The notes below the pieces were generated by a model. It had not been told where the DNA came from. It saw only the letters and a program-made list of their open reading frames with translations, and did not search any database. The position numbers and the translations under genes were made by a program. Source: Candidatus Aenigmatarchaeota archaeon (GTDB lineage: Archaea; Aenigmatarchaeota; Aenigmatarchaeia; QMZP01). Taken from it: 64,000 nt of DNA. The stretch lies in contig JADHWJ010000003.1 of the NCBI GenBank assembly GCA_016783545.1, positions 1,490-65,489 on the forward strand, written 5' to 3'. Each line of letters opens with the position of its first letter. Within the stretch, counting starts at the first letter, position 1. Of the stretch, positions 1-11,050 are shown piece after piece.

Positions 1-933
1 GCATTTACTTTTGGAAATTTCTCTGCAAATGTTAAACTCTGGGAAAGCCCTGAATTGGAATTTGAACTCAGCGAAGCAGATGAGCATCATTTTAAAGATT
101 TGAATAGTTTTAGGGAAAGGATCGGGAAATTAAGCTATTATGGTGGCATAAGGCTTGAAAAGGCCTGCCTTGAGATGCTCTGTGAATATTGCGAGAAGCA
201 TGGTATAAAACTTGACAGAAATTTCACAATAAGGTATGATACGGATATACCGCTCAGAAAGGGGCTTGCTGGTAGTTCTGCGATAATAACAGCAACTCTT
301 TTGGCTATAAAAGAATTCTATGGTTTTGATATAGATGAAAAGGAGCAGGCAAAGCTTGTATGGGAAACTGAAATAAAACAACTGAAAATAGCAGGAGGTT
401 TACAGGACAGGGTTGCACAGGCATACAATAAACTTGTTTATATGGATTTTACAAACAAAGAAAAAGTAAAACATGGTTATGGTGAATATGAAGTAATGGG
501 TGATGATATACTGAAAAAGCTGATGCCAAGATTGTTTGTTGCTTATAGAACAGATTTTGGGGAAGAATCAGCTGTTCCACACTCAGACCTTAGAACAAGG
601 GTTTTTATTAAAAAAGAGCCTAAAGTCATAGAAGCAATGAAAAGATTCGCAGAAATCACTGACAGGGCAAGGATCTGTCTTGACAGTGAAAATTTTGAAG
701 GCCTGGGTCTGTTAATGGATGAGAATTTTGATTTAAGGACTGAAATCTGCTCCATCAATGACCGGGACAGGGAAATGGTGGAAATTGGAAGAAGGCTCGG
801 GGCACATGTCAAATTCAGTGGTTCAGGTGGTGCTGTTGTCGGTTTATATGATTCTGCTGAGAAAAAAGATCTGAAATCTGCATATGAAGATGCTAGTTTT
901 GTGTTTTTGGAGAAATTAAAAGAACTACAATGA
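1..933 (+). CDS. GHMP-family sugar kinase, glucuronokinase-like (5' partial)
   Basis: Frame open from base 1; GHMP motif IPLRKGLAGSSA, AGGLQDR and C-terminal KFSGSGGAVVG. Confidence 0.8.
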   Translation, partial: AFTFGNFSANVKLWESPELEFELSEADEHHFKDLNSFRERIGKLSYYGGIRLEKACLEMLCEYCEKHGIKLDRNFTIRYDTDIPLRKGLAGSSAIITATLLAIKEFYGFDIDEKEQAKLVWETEIKQLKIAGGLQDRVAQAYNKLVYMDFTNKEKVKHGYGEYEVMGDDILKKLMPRLFVAYRTDFGEESAVPHSDLRTRVFIKKEPKVIEAMKRFAEITDRARICLDSENFEGLGLLMDENFDLRTEICSINDRDREMVEIGRRLGAHVKFSGSGGAVVGLYDSAEKKDLKSAYEDASFVFLEKLKELQ

Positions 934-1659
934 TTTTTTCTTTATTAAAATAATGATAACCAAAATTATAATTATTACAGCAACAAATGCATATGTTGTT
1001 GTTTCACCAAGGCCAAAAAATGCACCTACTGGTGCTCCTATGGCTGACTCTTCAGCCTTGAAATTGTCTAGGAATTTTTTGGTATCAGAAACACTGGCTG
1101 AGATACTGTAAAGTTCGTTTGATGAACTGTCAAAATACATGCCAACAAAATTAGAAAGCTCTCCCTGAGATCCCAGAAGATACTTTATCTTTATCCCTTT
1201 ATGTGTCAGTTCAGACTGTTCGATAGTGTAAGAAGCGCTCATTTCTGTTTTTTGCCTTTCCAATAAAAAGCTAATATCATCTTCATCTAAATTATAATCA
1301 AGCTTGTACACGCGTATAACAACAGTATCAGAATTGCCTGTTAAGAAGTACTGAATAAACCCATCGCCTGATTTCTCACCTCTAAATGTCCATAACATAT
1401 CATTGGCAATGCTAAGGTCTCTTGTTTTTGTTGTACTTATTCCTGTTACTCTTTCTAAACCAGCCTCGCACAAGTCCTTTAATTCTGTTGAAATTTCTAT
1501 ACATTTACTATAATCATCAGATGCTTCGGCAAACATGGTCTTGGCTTCTGAAAGCATTCCAGAAGTATAATAATAGCTAGCATCTTCCAAACTTGCAGAT
1601 GCTAAAGGTATTGCTAATAATAAAAATCCAATAACTATACACATTTCATATTTTACCAT
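925..1659 (-). CDS. Hypothetical secreted/membrane-anchored protein
   Basis: N-terminal signal-like hydrophobic stretch; C-terminal TM helix followed by KKK. Confidence 0.7.
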   Translation of the reverse strand: MVKYEMCIVIGFLLLAIPLASASLEDASYYYTSGMLSEAKTMFAEASDDYSKCIEISTELKDLCEAGLERVTGISTTKTRDLSIANDMLWTFRGEKSGDGFIQYFLTGNSDTVVIRVYKLDYNLDEDDISFLLERQKTEMSASYTIEQSELTHKGIKIKYLLGSQGELSNFVGMYFDSSSNELYSISASVSDTKKFLDNFKAEESAIGAPVGAFFGLGETTTYAFVAVIIIILVIIILIKKKSL

Positions 1660-4600
1660 CTTAATATGTACACCTCTCCCTGTTTAGTTTCAACAACAAT
1701 CTCAGCCTTTCCATTAACAGATACATAACTAACCACTGAATCTGATTCTAGATTGACTGCATCACTCGATGTGAAATACTGCTCTAATAAATTTTTGTTT
1801 TCGATTGCACTTAAGCCTGATCTTAGAGCTCTGTCAGCTGAATTAATATAAACATCTGTAACATCCTCTTCGTTTATTGCTTTTTGGACACCTGCATTTA
1901 TTTCCTCAACAGATTCTACTACACCAACCGCTTGGGCAAAATTGCTGATTAAACCACTGACCGCACCCAGAGCACCAGAAAGCATTGTTTCAGCTGCAGC
2001 AGTTTCTGCCTGGCTGGCATAATTATACATGTCCTTAGCAACATCTTTTACTTTCTCATTGGTAACTTTTAGATACTTTGGTGTGACAGCAATTGCCTCA
2101 TCGCCAACATATACAAATCCCCAATCCATATCAGTTTCCACACTACCTATTATCTCTCCTATTGTTCCGGTGGATTTTGTAACTTTATCACCTGTTTCCA
2201 GATCCCATGGGTTCTTTTCAGTTGTTGTGGTATCATCTGTTTCTCCTTCTGCCTCTTCTTCTGTTTCTTCGGTTGCTGCAGCTCCTGCGCCCCCGCCGCC
2301 TCCGCCTCCGCTTGCCGGTGTTGTGTCATCAGTTGTGTCATCAGTGGCTATTTCAGTTACAGTTCCTGTTGGTTCTGGTCCAACACCAGAAAAATGTTTT
2401 ATTTTAAACCAAATCATATTGTTTGATATGTCTGCATAACAAACACCAGAACTTAGATTAACATCGCTCGCATTACATGTTATGTTTGTTCCATTGAAAT
2501 ACACTTCATATGTTGTATTCAAGTAATCAGCAAAATCTTCTAAAGCTGTATCTGTACTTATGTTTGTTAAATTATCACCTGCTGAAGAATTCCACATAGC
2601 ATTCCAGTCATCGTCGTATAGCTGAGGAATAGACATATTAATATCTAGAGATTCATTAAACCCTACTGTTGTATTACTTCCTTCTGTATATGGTATTCCA
2701 ATAATAACATAATCATATATTTCTGGTCCGCTGCTTCCAAATCTCCATGCTTGAGCAAATGTTGATGTATCATTTGTATCTGTTGAATCACTATCAAAAA
2801 GGGCATCTGGCGGTCCTGATGCAAGCATATCCACATTAACATAGTGAACAGTTATGTTGTTTGCATTTCTCATTCTAAAGCTCATTGGTGCACCGCTCAT
2901 TACAACTGATAGTGGATGTACACCTCCCCTTGATGACTCACCGCCTGCAAACAAGCTGCAACTTGAAGAATTATAATTTGGCACATTACAGGCGCCACTA
3001 TGCTTTATCATATCAATAAACAGATTGCCCAGAATATCACCATCTGGATCTTCCATATTAAACATAGCCTTCATTGTTATGTTTATTCCTTCTAGTGTGT
3101 TTACTTGAGTAGCTGTGTACTTTCTCTTAGTAGGTGCAGCTGATGGTGTGAATATATTGATCCTTTTAATGCCTGTCATATTCAGTATTGGAACAGTGAA
3201 TGTTCCATTTGAAGTCTGACTGACATCTGTCATAAATGTGAAATTAGTCATATTAAAGTCATCATAATCCAGCTCAATTTCTACATGGGCAAAACCTGTT
3301 ATTGATGTATTACTGGAATTAAATAATCTGAATGTCATCTCTTTCAACAATATATTCTTTGTTTGGCCTTCCAATCCCCAACTACTAATGTTTGATGAAT
3401 TACCAAGGAGCTTATATAAAGTCATATTGGTTTCACTTGGAGTAACCCCATAATTAAGCGCAACCTCTTTAAACCCACCATAATAATCTGAATCATTTTG
3501 ACCAACAATAAACAGAATTATACTCGCACTTTCTTTTGGTGCAACCACTGATATATTATAAAAGCCAGATGTTGTATTGTAAAGGTCTGTGCCAGTGAAA
3601 TTAGACATCACAGAGGGTGACTCACCGCCGATATAAATCATTCTTCCAGGCTCAAGTGTGTATGGCAGTGCAAATAGGCTGTCAAAGCCTGATATACCGC
3701 TTGCAGTGATATATCCAGATAATGGTTCTACAGATTGCGTGCAATTGAATGTTTTATTATAATAACTTGGGGGGTTGGTTATATCCACGCTAACCGGAAG
3801 GCTTTGGTTTGGATAAATCATGACTGAATAGTTCCTGTCAGCTGGCACATAGAATACTTTGTTAGTCACAAGGTTTTGAAATTCACTTGATATAGAATAG
3901 CCTAATTTTGTATCTTTCAATTGATATCTGAAAGCTTTGGGCTGTCCTGTTGCATTGACTGCTGATATGTTTATTGTGGCTGCTTCTTTCAGGTAGAAGT
4001 TTACTGGGATTACTGCATTTATTTCAAAATATGGAAATTCGGGTAGAGATGCACCGATATAGTCTACATATATATTACTACTGTCATTGTAATGCATTAT
4101 AACTGGTTTATAGAACCTACTTTCATATACTATTATACCACTGATATTGAAGAAACCAGATGTGTTGCTTAATGTAGAATATGATGAATTTAATGTCGCT
4201 CCCTCACCAGGAACCATCTCATATATCTCTATTGTAACATTTGTGCCATTCATGGCTGTCCCGTTTGGGAATTTTGTATAGCCATAGAAGTTGAATGTTA
4301 CTGTACTAATTGCTATGCTCCTGTTAGAATCTCCCCAATCAGATTGTGAACTATTATCAGACGATATGCAATTCCATGTGTAATTTCCAGGGGATAATGT
4401 TAAATTCCATGCAGTGCTATTACTTGTTCCAGAAATGTTTGTTGTTTGGCTAAGAGAAAAGGATTGGTTAGTGGTATTGGTTATATACAAACTGATATTA
4501 ACTAGATTTTTATCATCCGTGGCTGAGCAATTGAAAGTTATGTTTGTAGTGGTTAACGTAGTATTGACATAATTGTCACTCGGTGAATTAAGACTTGTGG

Positions 4601-6206
4601 CTGGTGAAGCATCTTGTATGGTTGTTAAACTTCTATTTGAATCTCCCCAATCACTGTAACCGCCGGAATCATAAGATATGCAATTCCATCTATAATAACC
4701 AGGGGTCAAATTCAAATCCCATGCAGTGCTGTTACTTGTTCCAGAAATGTTTGTTGTTTGATTTAAACTAAAAGACTCATTTGAAGTATTTGTGATATAC
4801 AAACTGATATTAACCAAACCATTGTCATCCGTGGCTGAGCAATTGAAAGTCACAGGCACGCTGGTATTTGTATAATTACTATAACCATCACTAGGTGAAT
4901 TGAGACTTGTGGCTGGATCACTGTCACCACTGATAGCAAATATTGATTGGTCGTTGGTATCTTCACCCAACCAGCCTATGTATACAACTCCGTCTGCTAT
5001 TGCAGGTGATGAAAGTACGCTAGTGGTTAAACTAATAGCTAAGTCATATGTAGAATAATCACTGCTATTTGAAATATTAATTACATGGAGTTTGTCATCT
5101 CTTCCACCCACGAAAATCCAGTTGTCTGTGACTACAGGTGAAGATGCAATATCATTTCCAGCTGTATAACTCCAAATAAGACTTCCATTTGTAGCATTGA
5201 ATGCATAAAGTTTTTGATTATTACAACCCACATACACTACACCATCCCTAACTGCTGGAGAAGACCATATTGAATCACCCACTGAATAATTCCATACATG
5301 AGTTCCATCAGTGGCGTTTAGTGCATAAAAATAATCAGGGTCATCAACAATACCACTATAAGATCCAAAATAAACCATGTCATATGCAACTGCAGGTGAA
5401 CTTTTTACTACATAATAATCTCCAAGTGAATAATTCCATACCTGAGTTCCATCAGTTGCGTTTAGTGCAAGAAATTCATAATCATTCTTTGTTCCAATAT
5501 AAACTATTCCATTCACAACAGCAGGTGCTGATCCATATATAGCACCAGATGCTTGTTCTATTGAATAATTCCATACCTGAGTTCCATCAGTAGCATTTAT
5601 TGCATAAAAATAAGCTGTTACAACACTCCAATGATTACTTTGACTTGGTACATAAACTATACCGTCTACAACAGTAGGAGAAGTGATTATGCTGGAAACC
5701 ACTGTATAGCTCCATATCTGAGATCCGTTTGTTGCATTTAAAGCATATAGTTTATTGCCACCCACATAAGCTATTCCATCAGCAATTGCTGCTCCACCAT
5801 ATACAACACCTGTTGAATAATTCCATATTTTATTTCCGTTTGTTGCATTCAGAGCATAGAAAAGACTACCGGTATCTCCAATATAAACTATTCCATTTGC
5901 AATTGTAAATTGACCTTTTGTACCAAGACCATTTAAACCAGCGCCCCATAATTTACCAAAGTTGTCTAAGTTTACAGTATCAGGATAATATCTAGTATTG
6001 TCTAATATCCTTCCAAACATTGTCCACTCAGAAGTTGAGGTTGTGTTAGAAGTGTTAGTAATCATTGGAATTCTTGTTTCAATAGAATTTCCTATAATAT
6101 TCCCTGTCATAGAATTCAATGGAACAAGTAATATTATTGCAACTATTAAAACTAATGCAAAAGTAATGACAACTCTATCTCTATCTATATTTCTCTTTCC
6201 CATCAT
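1653..6206 (-). CDS. Large surface glycoprotein with PQQ-like beta-propeller repeats and Ig-like modules
   Basis: N-terminal TM, repeated 'SSPAVxDGxVY..YALNATxGxxxWxY' blades, many NxS/T sequons, acidic/Gly linker. Confidence 0.85.
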   Translation of the reverse strand: MMGKRNIDRDRVVITFALVLIVAIILLVPLNSMTGNIIGNSIETRIPMITNTSNTTSTSEWTMFGRILDNTRYYPDTVNLDNFGKLWGAGLNGLGTKGQFTIANGIVYIGDTGSLFYALNATNGNKIWNYSTGVVYGGAAIADGIAYVGGNKLYALNATNGSQIWSYTVVSSIITSPTVVDGIVYVPSQSNHWSVVTAYFYAINATDGTQVWNYSIEQASGAIYGSAPAVVNGIVYIGTKNDYEFLALNATDGTQVWNYSLGDYYVVKSSPAVAYDMVYFGSYSGIVDDPDYFYALNATDGTHVWNYSVGDSIWSSPAVRDGVVYVGCNNQKLYAFNATNGSLIWSYTAGNDIASSPVVTDNWIFVGGRDDKLHVINISNSSDYSTYDLAISLTTSVLSSPAIADGVVYIGWLGEDTNDQSIFAISGDSDPATSLNSPSDGYSNYTNTSVPVTFNCSATDDNGLVNISLYITNTSNESFSLNQTTNISGTSNSTAWDLNLTPGYYRWNCISYDSGGYSDWGDSNRSLTTIQDASPATSLNSPSDNYVNTTLTTTNITFNCSATDDKNLVNISLYITNTTNQSFSLSQTTNISGTSNSTAWNLTLSPGNYTWNCISSDNSSQSDWGDSNRSIAISTVTFNFYGYTKFPNGTAMNGTNVTIEIYEMVPGEGATLNSSYSTLSNTSGFFNISGIIVYESRFYKPVIMHYNDSSNIYVDYIGASLPEFPYFEINAVIPVNFYLKEAATINISAVNATGQPKAFRYQLKDTKLGYSISSEFQNLVTNKVFYVPADRNYSVMIYPNQSLPVSVDITNPPSYYNKTFNCTQSVEPLSGYITASGISGFDSLFALPYTLEPGRMIYIGGESPSVMSNFTGTDLYNTTSGFYNISVVAPKESASIILFIVGQNDSDYYGGFKEVALNYGVTPSETNMTLYKLLGNSSNISSWGLEGQTKNILLKEMTFRLFNSSNTSITGFAHVEIELDYDDFNMTNFTFMTDVSQTSNGTFTVPILNMTGIKRINIFTPSAAPTKRKYTATQVNTLEGINITMKAMFNMEDPDGDILGNLFIDMIKHSGACNVPNYNSSSCSLFAGGESSRGGVHPLSVVMSGAPMSFRMRNANNITVHYVNVDMLASGPPDALFDSDSTDTNDTSTFAQAWRFGSSGPEIYDYVIIGIPYTEGSNTTVGFNESLDINMSIPQLYDDDWNAMWNSSAGDNLTNISTDTALEDFADYLNTTYEVYFNGTNITCNASDVNLSSGVCYADISNNMIWFKIKHFSGVGPEPTGTVTEIATDDTTDDTTPASGGGGGGGAGAAATEETEEEAEGETDDTTTTEKNPWDLETGDKVTKSTGTIGEIIGSVETDMDWGFVYVGDEAIAVTPKYLKVTNEKVKDVAKDMYNYASQAETAAAETMLSGALGAVSGLISNFAQAVGVVESVEEINAGVQKAINEEDVTDVYINSADRALRSGLSAIENKNLLEQYFTSSDAVNLESDSVVSYVSVNGKAEIVVETKQGEVYILRW
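4320..4917. repeat. Intragenic tandem duplication (~312 bp period) of an Ig-like module
   Basis: PATSLNSPSD...TFNCSATDD..LVNISLYITN...QTTNISGTSNSTAW..WGDSNRS occurs twice with near-identical DNA. Confidence 0.85.
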
Positions 6207-6255
6207 TATCCCATTAATATATTATTTAGGAATATAACACATAAATATATCATAT

Positions 6256-6275
6256 CCCTTTAAAATTACAGAATA
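6256..6275 (-). repeat. Solo copy of dispersed motif (TATTCTGTAATTTTAAAGGG)
   Basis: Variant of the TGTCANNTTAGAGGG motif; follows the tuf terminator. Confidence 0.55.
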
Positions 6276-6304
6276 AAAAGAAAAAACCAACGGCACTCGC
6301 GCCG
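6276..6304 (-). terminator. Hairpin plus U-tract downstream of tuf
   Basis: Minus strand CGGCG-CGAG-TGCCG then TTGGTTTTTTCTTTT. Confidence 0.55.
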
Positions 6305-6324
6305 AAAGTTTTCTTAAATAAGCT

Positions 6325-7599
6325 TTATTTATCAGCCTTTACCAGTTCAATACATCTTCCTGCAGCAATTGTTTTTCCCATGTCTCTGATAGCAAACTTT
6401 GCCATCTCAGGCATGTCTTTGTTTGTTTCAATTGATACTGGCTGTGATGGGACAACCTTTATGATTGCAGCATCGCCAGATTTTAATGTGTCTGGATTTT
6501 CTGCGATTGTTGAACCGTCTTTTGGGTTAATTTTCTTTACAAGTTCAGTTATTTGACATGCTACATGTGCTGTTCCAATATGGAATACAGGTGTGTAACC
6601 CTTTGTTACAACAGTTGGGTGTTCTAATACGATTATTTCTGCTGTGAATTCTTTTGCTACTGTTGGTGGATTTGTTGCAAGACCTACAACGTCTCCTTTC
6701 CTTATATCACCCTTTCCTGCACCTTTTATGTTAAATCCAACATTGTCTCCTGGTTCTGCTTTTTCAAGCTGTTTGTGATGCATCTCAACTGATTTAATTT
6801 CAGCTGAAGAACCGCTTGGCATGAAAACAACTTTGTCTCCAGGTTTAATTACACCTGTTTCAACCCTTCCTACAGGAACGCAACCAACACCTGAAATGTT
6901 GTATACATCCTGTACAGGTAGCCTTAGTGGCTTGTCAACAGGTTTTTCTGGAGGTGTTATTGCAGTGTCCAGTGTTTCCAAAAGTGTTGCACCCTTATAC
7001 CAAGACATTTTGTCAGATTTCTTTGCTACGTTGTCACCAACATATGCAGAAACCGGTACAAAAGGTATTTTGTCTAATGGATATCCAAGCTGTGTAAGCA
7101 ATTTTCCAACATCTTCTTTTACTTTGTTGAACTTTGCTTCATCATAGTTTACAGCATCCATTTTATTAACAGCTATGATAAGCTGGTTAATACCAAGAAC
7201 CTTTTCAAGATATAGATGTTCTTTTGTCTGTTCCTGAATACCGTCTTTTGCAGATACAACAAGAATAGCAGCATCTGCCTGGCTTGCGCCAGTTATCATG
7301 TTTTTAATGAAGTCCTTGTGACCAGGACAGTCAATTATTGTGTAGTAATATTTCTTTGTCACAATAGGCTTATACATAAGATCTATTGTAACGCCTCTTT
7401 CTCTCTCTTCCTTAAGATTATCCATAACAAAAGCAAATTCAAATGTTTCCTTTTTCATTTCCTTTGCCTTGTCTTTAAGTTTTCTCAACTCCTGTTCTTC
7501 AAGTGCTCCAGAATCGAAGAGCATTCTTCCGATTAAAGTTGATTTCCCATGATCTACGTGACCTGATGTTATCAGGTTAATATGTGGTTTTTCTGCCAT
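6325..7599 (-). CDS. tuf: Elongation factor 1-alpha
   Basis: [34 protein letters not shown] motifs. Confidence 0.98.
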   Translation of the reverse strand: MAEKPHINLITSGHVDHGKSTLIGRMLFDSGALEEQELRKLKDKAKEMKKETFEFAFVMDNLKEERERGVTIDLMYKPIVTKKYYYTIIDCPGHKDFIKNMITGASQADAAILVVSAKDGIQEQTKEHLYLEKVLGINQLIIAVNKMDAVNYDEAKFNKVKEDVGKLLTQLGYPLDKIPFVPVSAYVGDNVAKKSDKMSWYKGATLLETLDTAITPPEKPVDKPLRLPVQDVYNISGVGCVPVGRVETGVIKPGDKVVFMPSGSSAEIKSVEMHHKQLEKAEPGDNVGFNIKGAGKGDIRKGDVVGLATNPPTVAKEFTAEIIVLEHPTVVTKGYTPVFHIGTAHVACQITELVKKINPKDGSTIAENPDTLKSGDAAIIKVVPSQPVSIETNKDMPEMAKFAIRDMGKTIAAGRCIELVKADK

Positions 7600-7725
7600 A
7601 ATATATCACCAAACTCCTTAAATGGTATCTTTTATATAGGTTGTTAATATTTAAATATTTATCCAGTACCTAAACAACTTCTAAAGGCATTGAATATAAT
7701 CTTTTTGGATTAGGTATTTAAATGC

Positions 7726-7774
7726 TTTTTTGTTATGTTAGAGGGATATTATACCCCGTTTAAATGACATTATA
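7726..7774. repeat. Two head-to-head copies of the dispersed motif
   Basis: + TTGTTATGTTAGAGGG (7730-7745) and - TATAATGTCATTTAAACGGGG (7774-7754), 8 bp apart. Confidence 0.7.
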
Positions 7775-10700
7775 TGAGAGAGCGGCTGGAATTAACCAAC
7801 TGCTCTCCCTCAGACATGCTGTGGGAAGGAGGGCTCCTCCCCTACGACACCATGGACCACGGGACCTGGGTGGGCCGCATGCCCAAACCAAGCTTCCAGC
7901 TCACGTACTGACCTTCCTCACCAGAGGGCAGGGCTACGTCCTTGTTGGCGCGCTGGCCCTGCTCCTGCTTGCACAGGGAATGCCAGCCGCCTTCGCCCTT
8001 GAACTTCATGAGCGTTGCCATGATCGGTCTGGTCTGGGGATTGTCGACACTCAGGCCAAACTTCTTGATGCGAAGGACAAAGTAGAGGAACTTCGCCCTC
8101 TCTGCATCCGACCATCCCTTCACCTCTTTGGCCGTGAGAGCACCAAAGATCGTGCCAAGGGCTGACTCTGCCGCGCTTCTGTCGCCACGCTCAACAGTGA
8201 TGAGTACGCCGATGATGGCGTCGCCCGGATCGGTGGAAGCCGGGTCGAAGTCAACCACTGCCGTAGTAGGCACTATGGTTACGGGCGGTGCCGCCGGCGG
8301 AGTCGGCATGGAAAGAGGTGTAACATTCGGCGTACGCGGAGTGGTAGAAGGCCGTCTTCCTCTTCTTTCACTGCCCCGACGGGCCGGATCACTGCCCTCA
8401 CACACCTCTTCGAGGAGTGCCATGTCATTCTCCCGTGTCATACCAGCAACTCTACGAGCGCGAACAGAATCACGACGGACAGAAGCACAGACGCGAGCCG
8501 CCGTGGAACCGAGATGCGTCAGTCTCTTGGCAGCAGCGCCTTGCCCGAAGACAGACTCCCAGTTCCATCCATCAGGGAACTCGACCGGGATCTCGGTCCG
8601 GACAGGGGCTTTCTTGCCAGGCATCTGCTTCTCAGAGATCGCCACAAAGCTGGTATGTGCAGATATCACGCCGTACTTGAGGCTGACCTCTGTCACCCCA
8701 ACACTATCACCGGTCTCCTTGATCTTCTGCCTGGCCCAGAGCTGAGGCGCGAACGTGCACTCGTCTACGTCTGAGAGATTAACATCAAACGTCTGTGGAG
8801 CTCCAGCCGGATCATTACCGGTTACCTTCACCGAAGCCGGAGCCTTCTTGCCTGCGCGAACCGTGATCACAGCAGGCATGTTCTGGAATACATCTGTCAC
8901 ACCGACCGCATCAGTGTCCTTGCCGGCGTCGACCTTGACATCGGTCAACACAGGACCACTGAGAGTTCCCACGATCTTCTTCGCTGCACCTTCCATATCC
9001 TCATTGGGCAGGAAGTTCATGTTCACTCCATTGGTCAGCCTGGCAATCTGAGCCAGGGTAGCATCGTTCACTGCCGTATCAATGCCGATCGTGATCATCC
9101 GCACCCCGCCGGGGCTGGTGTCAACAGGATCCGTTGTCTGACCATCAGAGACGATGACCATGTACTTGCCAGAGTATTTGCCCTTGGCAAGCTCGGCATA
9201 GGCCAGCTTCACGGCAGTGCCGAGATAGGTACTGTTCTCTGATTGCAGGCCTTGAACCATGGGAATTGGATCCTGCTCCCGGGCATCACCAAGCGGGTAT
9301 ATCACCTGTGCATGTGTAGAGAACTTGATGATACCCACGTGGTGGCCGATGTTACTGTCCTTGATCTTCTGGATAAGGTCAGCAACCAGCCGTTTGAGGC
9401 CTTCGATCTTGATGCCACTCATGCTACCTGAGACATCAAGGACGAATTCGATGTCCATGGGAATGGGATCGGCCTGGAACGGAGGGATGATGTTCAGCAG
9501 AACGAAGCTCTCCTTGGAAAGGGTTGCACTATGAACAGCCACCTGGGGAACAGTTGCCATGGGTGTGTAAACGAGGGTGAAGTCCCTGTTGGGAATAAGG
9601 TCCTCCACCACCACGGTTGTCCCCCGCTTCGGCGTCAGCTCCTGCTCTGCCACCAACATCTCGTGGCTCGGGCAGGTGAGCTTACACCGGAATCCAGGCG
9701 AAAGCTTGACCCGGATGGCGGCGTTGTAGGGCACTCCTTCCTTGGTCGGAACAGGGGTGATCTCGGATGCATCATGAGTTACATCCGTATTCGGTGACCA
9801 CCCGTCACCTGTCCGGTCAGTCGGCTTGCCAGCGATGAAACGAGGAGCTACCACCAAGGGAATGCGGAAACGCGCTCCATCTGCGCCCCAAGGTATGGTC
9901 TGGACGAACCTGACCTCGACCAGGATCTCCTCTCCTGGTTCAATGCCACCAACGTTCATGGTGAAGATGTTCTCTCTCTTCTGCTCCATGAGGGTGGCAT
10001 GGTCGCCGGCTGCGACTGCGTCATCGTATTCCTTCTTTGCCTGTGCCTTCTCCTTGATTTCGGCAACAATGGTCTTGTCCTTGCCGATCGTCATCCGGCA
10101 CCCTGTGACAGAGGCGTCGGCGGGCAGCGGAAAGCAATAGATGGCCTCCACGGCTTCGGTGTGTTTGTTCTCGTACTCTTGAGTACACACGACTTCTGCG
10201 GTTGTGCCAGCCACTGTTGCTTCGAACCCCAAGGCTTTCAACGGTACAAGAACCTTTGGGTCAGGGACATTATCAGGTGCGTCCACAGGCGAAACACCCC
10301 CACCGGGGTTTACGACACATCCACCTTTTTCAGGCTTAACTGCACTACTCGGACGACTCATGGTGTTTCCTCCTGATCGTGCTCCCTTAAGAGCGTGACC
10401 GTTGGATATTCGGGACATAACCAGTTCTTTAAAGGCATCCTCACCGTAGTCCCGTTTCAGCATGGCAAGGAACCTTGCAGAATCTGCTCTTCTTCTACCA
10501 CCTCCTTTCCAGAGAACATCTTGTTTTATTGCGTTTGGACTAAGAGTCCTAGCCAGCTCTATTATCTCTGGATTTCTTAGAGCTGACGCGGATTTCTCAG
10601 TCAGATCAGCCAGACTGTGCTTGGGCCTGTCCCTTGCTTTTGCCATTTCGGCTCCTCCTTTCTCCAGGACAGAGTAAAGACAAAAAGAAACCAGAACACT

Positions 10701-10780
10701 TAGAAAAAGCACTAACCAAATCTGTCCACTTCTCTTAGAGATATCAAAGGATATCTTTAAACTTGGAAAGCATGATGTGG
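7754..10780 (-). mobile_element. Putative cassette 1 (GC-rich, VIT-vWA cargo)
   Basis: Abrupt GC rise; leader plus AGGAGG SD; terminal hairpin 7778-7807 then motif. Confidence 0.6.
7842..10646 (-). CDS. VIT + von Willebrand A domain protein
   Basis: VIT (QEYEN..EAIYCFPLP..ASV) and MIDAS DVSGSM, SDG, IGID; ATG 10646 follows AGGAGG; strongly GC-rich codons. Confidence 0.9.
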   Translation of the reverse strand: MAKARDRPKHSLADLTEKSASALRNPEIIELARTLSPNAIKQDVLWKGGGRRRADSARFLAMLKRDYGEDAFKELVMSRISNGHALKGARSGGNTMSRPSSAVKPEKGGCVVNPGGGVSPVDAPDNVPDPKVLVPLKALGFEATVAGTTAEVVCTQEYENKHTEAVEAIYCFPLPADASVTGCRMTIGKDKTIVAEIKEKAQAKKEYDDAVAAGDHATLMEQKRENIFTMNVGGIEPGEEILVEVRFVQTIPWGADGARFRIPLVVAPRFIAGKPTDRTGDGWSPNTDVTHDASEITPVPTKEGVPYNAAIRVKLSPGFRCKLTCPSHEMLVAEQELTPKRGTTVVVEDLIPNRDFTLVYTPMATVPQVAVHSATLSKESFVLLNIIPPFQADPIPMDIEFVLDVSGSMSGIKIEGLKRLVADLIQKIKDSNIGHHVGIIKFSTHAQVIYPLGDAREQDPIPMVQGLQSENSTYLGTAVKLAYAELAKGKYSGKYMVIVSDGQTTDPVDTSPGGVRMITIGIDTAVNDATLAQIARLTNGVNMNFLPNEDMEGAAKKIVGTLSGPVLTDVKVDAGKDTDAVGVTDVFQNMPAVITVRAGKKAPASVKVTGNDPAGAPQTFDVNLSDVDECTFAPQLWARQKIKETGDSVGVTEVSLKYGVISAHTSFVAISEKQMPGKKAPVRTEIPVEFPDGWNWESVFGQGAAAKRLTHLGSTAARVCASVRRDSVRARRVAGMTRENDMALLEEVCEGSDPARRGSERRGRRPSTTPRTPNVTPLSMPTPPAAPPVTIVPTTAVVDFDPASTDPGDAIIGVLITVERGDRSAAESALGTIFGALTAKEVKGWSDAERAKFLYFVLRIKKFGLSVDNPQTRPIMATLMKFKGEGGWHSLCKQEQGQRANKDVALPSGEEGQYVSWKLGLGMRPTQVPWSMVS

Positions 10781-10837
10781 GTTAAAACCCACTTAATAGT
10801 TATATAGGAAAACTTTAAATACCTTATTTTAGCCAAA

Positions 10838-10990
10838 TTACTCAACAGAACTAAATCCGTGGCTTTCCATTAATTTTTTAAAACACTCTCTGCAAAGATG
10901 ACCTCTGGCAAGTATGTCAAGAAGTTTATCCTTAAGCTTAATATTATATCTTTTATCTGCCAAGTCATTGCACAAAATACAATAATTCAT
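10838..10990 (-). CDS. Small zinc-finger protein
   Basis: CILC...LCREC pairs in 50 aa. Confidence 0.55.
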   Translation of the reverse strand: MNYCILCNDLADKRYNIKLKDKLLDILARGHLCRECFKKLMESHGFSSVE

Positions 10991-11050
10991 AGAGGTATTT
11001 GGTTGCAGATGCTTATAAATTAGCAAGAAAAATATGGGATATTTCCCAGC

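Noticed and set aside
7730-7741. TTATGTTAGA as the XerD arm of a dif site
   Set aside because: No matching XerC arm at 6-bp spacing; better explained as a copy of the dispersed motif
7764-10677. Many plus-strand ORFs over the VIT-vWA gene
   Set aside because: Antisense shadows caused by high GC; no SDs or motifs
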